Below, in pieces: positions 36,257 through 44,733 of a DNA stretch of 64,000 nucleotides. The stretch is from positions 248,001 to 312,000 of IMG/VR virus record IMGVR_UViG_3300019776_000324. One strand, written 5' to 3'. How positions within the stretch are numbered: position 1 is the first letter of the stretch; each line of letters begins with the position of its first letter. A program made the translations under genes and the position numbers. The notes under the pieces were generated by a model. It was not told the DNA's origin, did no database searches, and saw only the letters and a program-made list of their open reading frames with translations.

Positions 36257-38758
36257 ATGAATTTGTTAAACCTATTTGAAGGACGCGAACCGCATCAACA
36301 AGCTATTGACAAGCTGGAACAGGCTCGTATTGATCACTTAAAAGAAAAAATGGATTACTATGCTAAACACGGCATGGTAGAACAATTCAAAAAAGCCAAA
36401 GCTGAACACGACAGTTATTTTAAAGTTCAAGATGAGTGCATGGGATATGGTAGTGTTGTTGGCGAACAAGGCATTCCTGGTTCAGTACCAACAGAAAAGA
36501 TTCCTGGCAAAGAAGACTTACTCCGAGGCAAGGGTCGTAGCTACTACGAATCAGTCGAAGAAGTTAATCCAAGTAAAAAAGTATTCAAAGACAAAGCTGG
36601 TAAACCAGTAGGAGAGATTGGTATTGATCCTGAATCAAGTCCTGGCAATAGCGAATGGTATGTATATCATTACGGCACAGGTTATAGTGTTGTTGGATTC
36701 GATAGTGCCGCAGAAGCTAAACGCGAATTAATGTATGTTCACAAGCATCCAGAAGCGGTCGAAGGGCACGAATCAACATTTGACGAAGCTGGTATTCCTG
36801 GTAATGTTCCAGTTGAAAAGATTCCAGGTAAAGAAGATTTGCTAAAGGGCAAGGGTCGTAGCTACTACGAAGCCCAAGACCAAAAAAAAAATTCTGAAGA
36901 AGTAGATAAGCTACAAACAGCTGCAAGAGAGTTTATAGAATTAATAAACGATCGCACTGGTCCTATCTATAAAGCATATTATCGTAGTTTTCCAAAAGGT
37001 TCTGCACTAGAAGCAGAACTGCGTAAACGCATTGCCGCCAAGTATGGCGTTGCAGAAAAAGAACTTGCTAACGCCGAAGCTGGCGATCGTGCTCGTCGCA
37101 TGTTTGGTAATAAACTCAATGAAGATCAAAAGTTACATGTAGGTGATCCTATCATTGTTACAGCTCCTAATGAGTTTGAAGGCAAGACTGGTGAGATTGC
37201 AGAGTTCAGCCCAAGTGGCGCATTTGTTGTTGTAAACTTATACAACCACGGTGAACACAGCATGCACCTGAGTGATGTTGAGTTTAATCAATATGCCGCA
37301 GATCAAGAAGATGAAGATGACTGGTACGACGACGGTGCAGAAGATACATTAGAAGAAGAACAAAAAGAATTCCTGTACACAGTTGAATGCGATGGCTACA
37401 ACAAAGGTAACTTTGTTAATAAAAACGACGCAATCTTTAGTGCTCAGTACATGATCTACTATGGCGAAAAAGAATATAACAAGATTGAAGTTATTGAACT
37501 TAAAACAGGTGATGTAATCTGGGAATGGCATGGCAAGAAAGCAGACAACGATGTTGCTCCTACAGAAGTAGAAGTAGGTGAAGGTTGGAGCAACAAGATG
37601 GTTGCTCAAAGAACCGGTCAAGCTCCAACACCATATTCAGTTTATATCAAAGGTAAAGAATGGAAGAGCTTTGCTGACGATGATCATGCTGAAAATGTAG
37701 CTAACAAGTTAAGAGCTAAATTCAAAGCAGAAGGTAAAGATCCTAGTGTTATTACTATTGCACCTACTGACTACGATAAAGATCTTAAAGAATTCGCACC
37801 AGGTGGCGGATATCAAGAACCACCTCCACCAGTATTAAAGAAAAAAGATCCGTTTGATGACGATGATCGTAGTATCTATCCACGCAAGATTCAACAACTA
37901 TTAACCAGTGGTGCTAAAGTAGATAGCCGTGTTCCTGGTGCTATGGGACACATTATTGCAGCTAATGGCGAAATGATTAGAATGAAGCCATTGAACAAGC
38001 CATACAGCCAAAAGAAATATGCTTGGTATATTGATCAAGAGCGTGATGATAAACTTTTATTAAAGCAAGTTGAACCTAACCATTATGTATTGTATGATCG
38101 TGATTGGTTGCCACAAGGCACAACAGAGGCTGCTAATCCAGCACAACAGGCCGCTATTGCCGTTGCTATGAAGAAGGCTGGCAAGAAACCTAAGAGTGTT
38201 GATGAAGGTATCATGGATGTTGTTAAACAAACATTCAACGACAATGTAGTAGGTTGGCCAATGGGCACTTCTACTGAACAGTTTATACAAGGTTGGGCTA
38301 GAGATATTAAAAATCGCACAGGAAAAAATGTTCCAGTAGAAAAGTTAACACAGTTGTACAATAACTATGTTAAGCGTTCTGGTGAACTTATGCAATCACA
38401 TGGCACCACTAACGAAGCTGAAACAGATTATTCTAAGCGTCGCCAGCGTGAGCGTGATGTAGATGCAGGTAAGCCCGTAGCAAAACAGCGCCAACCCAAG
38501 ATGACTGATTATCAAAAGCGCCGTGCTCAGCAGAAGAAAGAAATGGAACTAGGCGAGGATCAAGACACTAGTGGTGTTGAGAGCGCAATTATTCGTCGTA
38601 TTATGGTAGCACACACAGACTTGTTACAACAGTTTGGCCCAGAAAAAGTCATGCAGGCCGCAGAAGAAGTTGCTTACAATGTAGGCGATGTTGACGAAAT
38701 TGGTACCAGTGATGTCAGTGCTTGGGTACACGAAGTCAAACAAATCCTTGGTGCCTAA
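36257..38758 (+). CDS. Modular polyprotein-like head protein
   Basis: MNLLNLFEG leader; many short modules separated by xxE junctions; duplicated 27-aa unit; KOW/SH3-like module LHVGDPIIV..GK.G.I. Confidence 0.65.
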   Translation: MNLLNLFEGREPHQQAIDKLEQARIDHLKEKMDYYAKHGMVEQFKKAKAEHDSYFKVQDECMGYGSVVGEQGIPGSVPTEKIPGKEDLLRGKGRSYYESVEEVNPSKKVFKDKAGKPVGEIGIDPESSPGNSEWYVYHYGTGYSVVGFDSAAEAKRELMYVHKHPEAVEGHESTFDEAGIPGNVPVEKIPGKEDLLKGKGRSYYEAQDQKKNSEEVDKLQTAAREFIELINDRTGPIYKAYYRSFPKGSALEAELRKRIAAKYGVAEKELANAEAGDRARRMFGNKLNEDQKLHVGDPIIVTAPNEFEGKTGEIAEFSPSGAFVVVNLYNHGEHSMHLSDVEFNQYAADQEDEDDWYDDGAEDTLEEEQKEFLYTVECDGYNKGNFVNKNDAIFSAQYMIYYGEKEYNKIEVIELKTGDVIWEWHGKKADNDVAPTEVEVGEGWSNKMVAQRTGQAPTPYSVYIKGKEWKSFADDDHAENVANKLRAKFKAEGKDPSVITIAPTDYDKDLKEFAPGGGYQEPPPPVLKKKDPFDDDDRSIYPRKIQQLLTSGAKVDSRVPGAMGHIIAANGEMIRMKPLNKPYSQKKYAWYIDQERDDKLLLKQVEPNHYVLYDRDWLPQGTTEAANPAQQAAIAVAMKKAGKKPKSVDEGIMDVVKQTFNDNVVGWPMGTSTEQFIQGWARDIKNRTGKNVPVEKLTQLYNNYVKRSGELMQSHGTTNEAETDYSKRRQRERDVDAGKPVAKQRQPKMTDYQKRRAQQKKEMELGEDQDTSGVESAIIRRIMVAHTDLLQQFGPEKVMQAAEEVAYNVGDVDEIGTSDVSAWVHEVKQILGA
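36470..36871 (+). repeat. Duplicated 81-nt/27-aa unit GIPG.VP.EKIPGKEDLL.GKGRSYYE
   Basis: Copies at 36470-36550 and 36791-36871; last 24 nt identical. Confidence 0.9.
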
Positions 38759-39378
38759 TGAGAGCAGAAGAGTTCACAGTTAGTCTAGACGAAAAATTAG
38801 ATGAAATTCTAGTTCGTCTCTGTGAACTTGTAGTTCAAGGTCAAAAAGAAAATCAAGACCTAGGCATGGTGGCTGCCGCTGTATTAGATCCCGATGATAA
38901 TTGTGTAACAGGTATTAACTATCCTGCACGAGATGGTAAGCGTGTTCATGCCGAGCGTGCCGCTATAAACAACTATATTGATCGTTTTGGCCCTGTTCCT
39001 CCTGGCAGTATTGTTATTACAACATTAAGTCCATGCAATCAAGATATGGATAGTCGAGCAGGAGAAAGTTGTCAAGCGTTATTAGATCAACACGGCATTG
39101 ATTCAGTTTACTGTGGTTATGTTGATCCTACACAAGATAAGCATCAAGTCGGCTTAACTGCTAATAAAAAAATACAAGCATTGTGTAAAGCATTCGCTGA
39201 CACTTTTCTTAAAGACAAACTAGACGAACTTGAATTTTTAGGTAGCCCTTGCACCAAAGACTGTTCAGGTCATCGTGCCGGATATGCATGGGCACAAAGC
39301 AAAGGCGGTCGTGTTGCTAACAGTCCATTTAGTCCTAGCTTTAATAACGGCAGTCAGCTTTATGTTGATGGTAAGTAA
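38758..39378 (+). CDS. Zn-dependent cytidine/dCMP-deaminase-fold protein with C-terminal small Cys module
   Basis: VHAERAA and TLSPC..(10)..C; start MRAEEF (TAATG coupling). Confidence 0.8.
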   Translation: MRAEEFTVSLDEKLDEILVRLCELVVQGQKENQDLGMVAAAVLDPDDNCVTGINYPARDGKRVHAERAAINNYIDRFGPVPPGSIVITTLSPCNQDMDSRAGESCQALLDQHGIDSVYCGYVDPTQDKHQVGLTANKKIQALCKAFADTFLKDKLDELEFLGSPCTKDCSGHRAGYAWAQSKGGRVANSPFSPSFNNGSQLYVDGK

Positions 39379-39383
39379 TAAAA

Positions 39384-39563
39384 ATGATTACAACTTTAAT
39401 AAAACAAAAATATTTAACAATCGTACAGACACTTGACAGGAAAGGTCCGTGGATTAAGGAAAATTTTGATCGTAAAGCATTTATTCGACAAATGGCTGAC
39501 GATCATAATACTACCACAGACATGATTGAGAAGTTACTTGAAAATTGCGAATGGTTTAAATAA
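39384..39563 (+). CDS. Small hypothetical protein, 59 aa, not in ORF track
   Basis: MITTLIKQKYL...CEWFK; fills the gap after the deaminase. Confidence 0.5.
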   Translation: MITTLIKQKYLTIVQTLDRKGPWIKENFDRKAFIRQMADDHNTTTDMIEKLLENCEWFK

Positions 39564-39564
39564 A

Positions 39565-39639
39565 ATGAACGACTATCCGATTATTCCAGAACAACAAGGT
39601 GACGAGGATTATAAACTTAATCCTTACGCACCAGTATAG
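39565..39639 (+). CDS. 24-aa peptide MNDYPIIPEQQGDEDYKLNPYAPV
   Basis: ATG 1 nt after the previous stop; ends 1 nt before the structured element. Confidence 0.4.
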   Translation: MNDYPIIPEQQGDEDYKLNPYAPV

Positions 39640-39640
39640 A

Positions 39641-39740
39641 ACACCCCTTAGGATCGTTTAGTTACGGTTTGGTGTAGGCGGCTGCTGCCTGCAAAACATT
39701 TCGGAGTCGTGCCCGATCGCGTGTTTGGCCAAGTGAGCAT
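39641..39740 (+). ncRNA. Candidate structured non-coding RNA, family not recognised
   Basis: GC-rich island in AT-rich DNA; stems ACACC/GGTGT, GGATCGT/ACGGTTT, AGGCGG/CTGCCT, AAACA/TGTTT with inner TCGG/CCGA. Confidence 0.55.
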
Positions 39741-39751
39741 TACCAAATTAC

Positions 39752-39779
39752 TTGCATTGTCTAGATAAACCTGTATAAT
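39752..39779 (+). promoter_or_regulatory. sigma70-type promoter TTGCAT-16-TATAAT
   Basis: Consensus -10; upstream of AGGAGA RBS and ATG 39806. Confidence 0.55.
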
Positions 39780-39805
39780 TAATACATTACTAACAGGAGA
39801 TTTAA

Positions 39806-40066
39806 ATGTCAGATCGCGTTTTTACATCAGAGCAAACCAACAAACTTACACAAATTATCAATGAAGGCATTAGTGTAATGTCCGAAATTGAAACACTCAC
39901 AGGCGGCCTCAACGACACAGTCAAAGCCATTGCTGAAGAATTAGAAATCAAACCAAGCATCTTGAAAAAAGCTATCAAGTTAGCACACAAAGCTGAGTTC
40001 GGTCGTGAACAACAGGATCACGAATTGCTTGAGCAAATTTTAGTACAAGTAGGAAAAACACTGTAA
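39806..40066 (+). CDS. Small helical dsDNA-binding-like protein (T4 DsbA/GapR-like)
   Basis: Helical, D..KAIAEELEIKP.IL.KAIKLAHK pattern. Confidence 0.5.
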   Translation: MSDRVFTSEQTNKLTQIINEGISVMSEIETLTGGLNDTVKAIAEELEIKPSILKKAIKLAHKAEFGREQQDHELLEQILVQVGKTL

Positions 40067-40939
40067 TTGCAAGCAGATTTTAAATTTTTAAATACGAACG
40101 GCGAGATTGTAGATACAGTCAGTGTAGAGTTACTTGATACACCTGCATCACTAGCATGGCAGTACGCCGTTCATTTAAATAATAAAAATCGTAAGATCAG
40201 TTCTCGTAGTACCATAGGTGGTTATTCTAATATTATTAATCAAGCACATGTTGATTCTACCTTTGAAAAAATATGTGCTTGTATCGATCAACTAGCCGAC
40301 ACAGAGTTTCCATATACAGGGTCGTTGCCAGAAACTGCGTTAGATATTGATCAGCAGTTTCTTAATCAATTACACAGATACTTTACTGATAGTTGTTTAG
40401 AAATTTGGAATTATAAATTTAGTGACTTTGCACTACAGATCACACTAAATGAAATTTTTCAGCAACTAAACATTCTAATACACGCAATCGAAAATTACTT
40501 TCCAACTCCTCAAAAACAACAATGGCAAGGATGCGGAAAAGAAATACACTTACACAGCAACGGTGACTCAACTAGCTACGATATAGCACCATTTCGTGGA
40601 TGCCACAGTTACGAAAGAGCAGATCTAGTATTAGACTCTCATATTTTAGGTAAAACTTTAATTGAAAGTTTCATGTGCAATGACAATCCTGCGCATTGGG
40701 ATACTTCAGGGCATGTGCGTACCAGTGGTGGATGTGTGTTTTTATTAACTGATCACCGCCAGCAAATTTACAACAGCAATGAATTCATTGAATGGTTATC
40801 TAGCCATCAAACTAGTAAACAAAAACAGTTTGCTGATTTGCCCTTGGGAAATTTAATTGCAGGGCACCGAGACCGCCTAGATACATTGTTAACTGACAAC
40901 ATGTTTAACAAGTATACATGTGAAATTGCCTTATTGTGA
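40067..40939 (+). CDS. Hypothetical protein
   Basis: 290-aa ORF with LN.LH..F and LN..IH.IE His pairs. Confidence 0.65.
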   Translation: MQADFKFLNTNGEIVDTVSVELLDTPASLAWQYAVHLNNKNRKISSRSTIGGYSNIINQAHVDSTFEKICACIDQLADTEFPYTGSLPETALDIDQQFLNQLHRYFTDSCLEIWNYKFSDFALQITLNEIFQQLNILIHAIENYFPTPQKQQWQGCGKEIHLHSNGDSTSYDIAPFRGCHSYERADLVLDSHILGKTLIESFMCNDNPAHWDTSGHVRTSGGCVFLLTDHRQQIYNSNEFIEWLSSHQTSKQKQFADLPLGNLIAGHRDRLDTLLTDNMFNKYTCEIALL

Positions 40940-41985
40940 TTATAAAACCTCAATTCTTTGGTCACAAACAATATCAAGGCAAATATTGTCTAAGCCCTTT
41001 TTGTATGATACAAATAGAAACCAATGGACAAGTTCGTCTCTGCGGTTGTGCTGCATGGATGCCAGCTACTATCGGCAACATACTTGAAACGCCACTTTCT
41101 GAGTTGTTAGCTACACCGCTGGCGCAATCTATTCGTCAAAGTATTATCAACGGCACTTATCAATTTTGTAATGAAAAAGTTTGCGGGGTCATTCAGAATA
41201 ACGGTTTAAACACTATAGATACTGTTCCGGAAAATATCAAATACCTACTAGAAGATTCAGCTAGATTTCAACTGCCATATGAAATCAGTATTCATGGCGA
41301 CTTTACTTGTAATCTAAGTTGTCCTAGTTGTAGAACTAAAGTTATTAAAGTTGACGACGACAAAGTTGAACAACAAAACAAGGTTGGCGAGATAATTTTT
41401 AATAATTTGTTAGGAGAGCCAACAGATCGCCGCATGCATTTGATGTTAAGCGGCACCGGAGAAGTGTTTGCTAGCCCGATGTTATTAAATTTCATGAATA
41501 AAATAACACTTGATAAGTTTCCTAATGTAGCTTTTAGTATCGGCACCAATGGGTTATTATGCGAAAAGCGATGGGAACGAATTGAGCACTTAGAATCAGC
41601 CATTGAAAAAATTACAGTAAGCATTGATGCTACTTGTGCAGATACCTACGAAAAAATTCGACGAGGTGGCAACTGGGATCAACTATTAACAAATATGAAT
41701 TTCTTAAAAAATAAGAAACAGTTAACTGGTATGAAGTTACACACTCGCATGATTGTTCAAGATGGTAACTACTCTGAGATATTAAAATTTTATGAGTTTT
41801 CTAAACAGTTTGATGCAGATGTTGTTGAGTATTCTCGATTGATCAATTGGGGCACTTGGACTAACGATGAATTTAAATTGCATAATGTTTTTGATGTTGC
41901 TCACCCCAACAGAGATCAAGCACTAGAGTCAATAACAGAATTAAAAAGGTTAACCGATGTGTGGTTTGAAGGAAATTTTAGTTGA
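40936..41985 (+). CDS. Radical SAM protein with N-terminal SPASM/twitch-like domain
   Basis: CNLSCPSC, GTGE.F.S, TNG, VSIDA; N-terminal C.SPF..G.V.LC.C..IGNI. Confidence 0.87.
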   Translation: MIIKPQFFGHKQYQGKYCLSPFCMIQIETNGQVRLCGCAAWMPATIGNILETPLSELLATPLAQSIRQSIINGTYQFCNEKVCGVIQNNGLNTIDTVPENIKYLLEDSARFQLPYEISIHGDFTCNLSCPSCRTKVIKVDDDKVEQQNKVGEIIFNNLLGEPTDRRMHLMLSGTGEVFASPMLLNFMNKITLDKFPNVAFSIGTNGLLCEKRWERIEHLESAIEKITVSIDATCADTYEKIRRGGNWDQLLTNMNFLKNKKQLTGMKLHTRMIVQDGNYSEILKFYEFSKQFDADVVEYSRLINWGTWTNDEFKLHNVFDVAHPNRDQALESITELKRLTDVWFEGNFS

Positions 41986-42022
41986 TTTTTAAACAAAATA
42001 AGTATATCATAAACAATGAATC

Positions 42023-42068
42023 GCTCACATTACGAGCATGAATCATGGCTTACCGGCCATAAACGGAG
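42023..42068 (+). promoter_or_regulatory. Structured leader of DNA polymerase gene (two hairpins, possible pseudoknot on RBS)
   Basis: GCTC/GAGC and ATGGC/GCCAT stems; loop CCG complementary to CGG of CGGAG; upstream TTGATT-17-TATCAT promoter (41982-42010). Confidence 0.5.
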
Positions 42069-42074
42069 AAAAAT

Positions 42075-44732
42075 TTGAGTTATATAGATGCACTATTTGA
42101 TCGTGAACACGATCGTATTCATGTTGTAGAACGACGAGATGGAAAGAGATGTTATCAAGAATATCCAGCCAACTATGTGTTCTACTACGAAGACCCTCGC
42201 GGTAAATTCCAAAGTATTTTTAACACACCTGTAAGTAGATTCTCTACTCGCAACAACAAAGAATTTCGCAAAGAGATTCGCATACAGTCAGGCAAGCAAT
42301 TATACGAGTCGGATATCAATCCAATCTTTCGTTGCCTAGAAGAAAACTACAAAGGACAAGACGGTCCTAAATTAAATGTAGCGTTCTTCGACATTGAGGT
42401 GGACTTTGATCCTGATCGCGGATTTAGTCCACCAAGTGATCCGTTCAATGCTATCACTGCTATTTCAGTTTACTTGCAGTGGTTAGATCAGCTAGTCACT
42501 CTAGTAGTTCCACCCAAACATATGAGCACAGAAACTGCTCAGGAAATTGCCAGCGAGTTTGAAAACACCATTATCTTCCAAGACGAAGGTGAAATGTTAA
42601 AAACATTCCTGGACTTGATTGAAGATGCTGATGCACTGTCAGGTTGGAACAGTGAAGGCTTCGATATTCCGTACACAGTTAATCGTGTTACTCGTGTGTT
42701 AAGCAAAGACGACACACGGCGCTTCTGCTTGTGGAATCAATATCCTAAAAAGCGTATGTTTGAACGCTTTGGTAACGAACAAGAAACATATGACTTGATT
42801 GGCCGTGTGCATATGGACTATATGCAACTGTATCGCAAATACACATATGAAGAGCGTCATAGTTATAGCTTGGATGCTATTCTTGAATACGAAGGTCTGG
42901 AAGGCAAGACCAAGTTTGAAGGCACACTGGATCAGCTTTACAATCAAAACTTCAAGACATTTATTGAGTATAACCGACAAGACGTTAACGGGTTGGCACA
43001 GATGGATAAGAAGTTAAAGTTCTTGGATCTTGCCAATACACTGGCGCATGAAAACACAGTGTTGCTACAGACTACCATGGGTGCTGTGGCTGTAACAGAA
43101 CAGGCTATTATTAATGAAGCACACGAGCGTGGCATGGTTGTTCCAAACCGTAAGGAACGCTATTCGGATGAAGACACTCAAGCGGCGGGTGCGTATGTTG
43201 CGTATCCACGCAAGGGCGTTCATGAATATGTCGGGTCGATAGACATTAACTCACTGTACCCTAGTGCGATTCGTGCGCTTAACATGGGACCTGAAACTAT
43301 TGTTGGTCAACTTCGACCAGTAATGACTGATCGCTATATTGCTGACAAGATGCGTAGCGGTAGTAGTTTTGCTGCGGCATGGGAAGGCTTGTTTGGTTCA
43401 TTGGAATTCACAGCAGTAATGGAAATGCAAACAGGCACAGAAATTACTATTGATTGGCAAGGCGGAGAAGAATCAGTTCACAGTGCCGCAGAAGTATGGA
43501 AGATTATCTTTGACAGTAATCAACCTTGGATGATCAGTGCCAACGGAACAATCTTTACCTATGAGCGTGAAGGTGTTATTCCCGGACTATTAAAACGCTG
43601 GTATGCCGAGCGTAAAGAAATGCAGGCTAAACTTAAACAATGTACAACGGCAGAAGATGAAGAATACTGGGATAAACGACAACTCGTTAAAAAGATTAAC
43701 CTTAATAGTTTGTATGGCGCAATTCTTAACCCTGGTTGCCGCTTTTTTGATAAGCGCATTGGACAATCTACCACACTAACTGGTCGTGCTATTGCCAAGC
43801 ATATGGATGCGTATGTAAACGAATGTATTACAGGCAAGTATGACCATGTGGGCGAATCAATCATCTATGGTGATACTGACTCTTGTTACTTTACTGCTTG
43901 GCCTGCTGTCAAGGAAGCAGTAGAGAAGGGCGAGATGGAATGGTCTAAAGATATTGCTGTCCAACTTTACAACAGTATAGCTGATCAAGTCAATGCTAGT
44001 TTCCCAGGATTTATGGAACAGTCATTCCATGTGCCTAGAGAGATGGGCAGTGTGATTAAAGGTGGCCGCGAGATTGTAGCAAGCAAAGGCTTGTTTATTA
44101 CCAAGAAGCGTTATGCTGTCCTGTATTATGACAAAGAAAACAAGCGTGTGGACACACATGGCGAACCAGGCAAAGTAAAAGCCATGGGCTTGGACTTGAA
44201 GCGTAGTGATACTCCTAAGGTTATTCAAGAATTCTTAAGCGAGATCTTAAACGATGTACTGACTGGTAAAACTCGTGAAGAAATCATTGAAAAGATTCGA
44301 AACTTTAAATATGAATTCAAAGAGCGACCAGGTTGGGAGAAGGGTAGTCCCAAGCGTGTAAACAACTTGACCAAGTATGGCAAGGAAGAAGAACGCCTAG
44401 GTAAAGCCAATATGCCAGGACATGTCCGTGCTGCACTTAACTGGAATAATTTGCGTAGAATGAACAGCGACAAGTATAGTTTACAAATTGTTGATGGAAT
44501 GAAAACTATTGTATGTAAACTAAAGCAAAATCCCCTGGGTTGGACCAGCATAGGCTATCCTACAGATGAATTGCATTTACCACAGTGGTTCAAAGAATTA
44601 CCATTTGACGATAGTGAAATGGAAGCAACAGTGGTTGATCAAAAATTAGACAACTTATTAGGTGTGCTAGAATGGGATTTAAAGTCGGCCACTAATACTG
44701 AAAACACCTTCCAAAGTTTATTCGAGTTCTAA
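42075..44732 (+). CDS. polB: Family B DNA polymerase (T4 gp43-like)
   Basis: Exo FDIE, GWN..FDIPY, YN.QDV; Pol DINSLYPS, K...NSLYG, YGDTDS, KKRY; TTG start. Confidence 0.97.
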   Translation: MSYIDALFDREHDRIHVVERRDGKRCYQEYPANYVFYYEDPRGKFQSIFNTPVSRFSTRNNKEFRKEIRIQSGKQLYESDINPIFRCLEENYKGQDGPKLNVAFFDIEVDFDPDRGFSPPSDPFNAITAISVYLQWLDQLVTLVVPPKHMSTETAQEIASEFENTIIFQDEGEMLKTFLDLIEDADALSGWNSEGFDIPYTVNRVTRVLSKDDTRRFCLWNQYPKKRMFERFGNEQETYDLIGRVHMDYMQLYRKYTYEERHSYSLDAILEYEGLEGKTKFEGTLDQLYNQNFKTFIEYNRQDVNGLAQMDKKLKFLDLANTLAHENTVLLQTTMGAVAVTEQAIINEAHERGMVVPNRKERYSDEDTQAAGAYVAYPRKGVHEYVGSIDINSLYPSAIRALNMGPETIVGQLRPVMTDRYIADKMRSGSSFAAAWEGLFGSLEFTAVMEMQTGTEITIDWQGGEESVHSAAEVWKIIFDSNQPWMISANGTIFTYEREGVIPGLLKRWYAERKEMQAKLKQCTTAEDEEYWDKRQLVKKINLNSLYGAILNPGCRFFDKRIGQSTTLTGRAIAKHMDAYVNECITGKYDHVGESIIYGDTDSCYFTAWPAVKEAVEKGEMEWSKDIAVQLYNSIADQVNASFPGFMEQSFHVPREMGSVIKGGREIVASKGLFITKKRYAVLYYDKENKRVDTHGEPGKVKAMGLDLKRSDTPKVIQEFLSEILNDVLTGKTREEIIEKIRNFKYEFKERPGWEKGSPKRVNNLTKYGKEEERLGKANMPGHVRAALNWNNLRRMNSDKYSLQIVDGMKTIVCKLKQNPLGWTSIGYPTDELHLPQWFKELPFDDSEMEATVVDQKLDNLLGVLEWDLKSATNTENTFQSLFEF

Positions 44733-44733
44733 C

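Noticed and set aside
39637-39651. Amber read-through or stop-codon reassignment after the 24-aa peptide
   Set aside because: A second in-frame TAG follows after three codons. Genes elsewhere end normally at TAA, TAG and TGA with full-length products under the standard code.
39641-39740. tRNA or intrinsic terminator
   Set aside because: No TTC-containing T-arm in cloverleaf geometry, no acceptor stem with CCA end, and no U-tract after the stems.
42075-44732. Intron or intein in the DNA polymerase
   Set aside because: Uninterrupted 885-aa ORF with all exonuclease and polymerase motifs at normal spacing.
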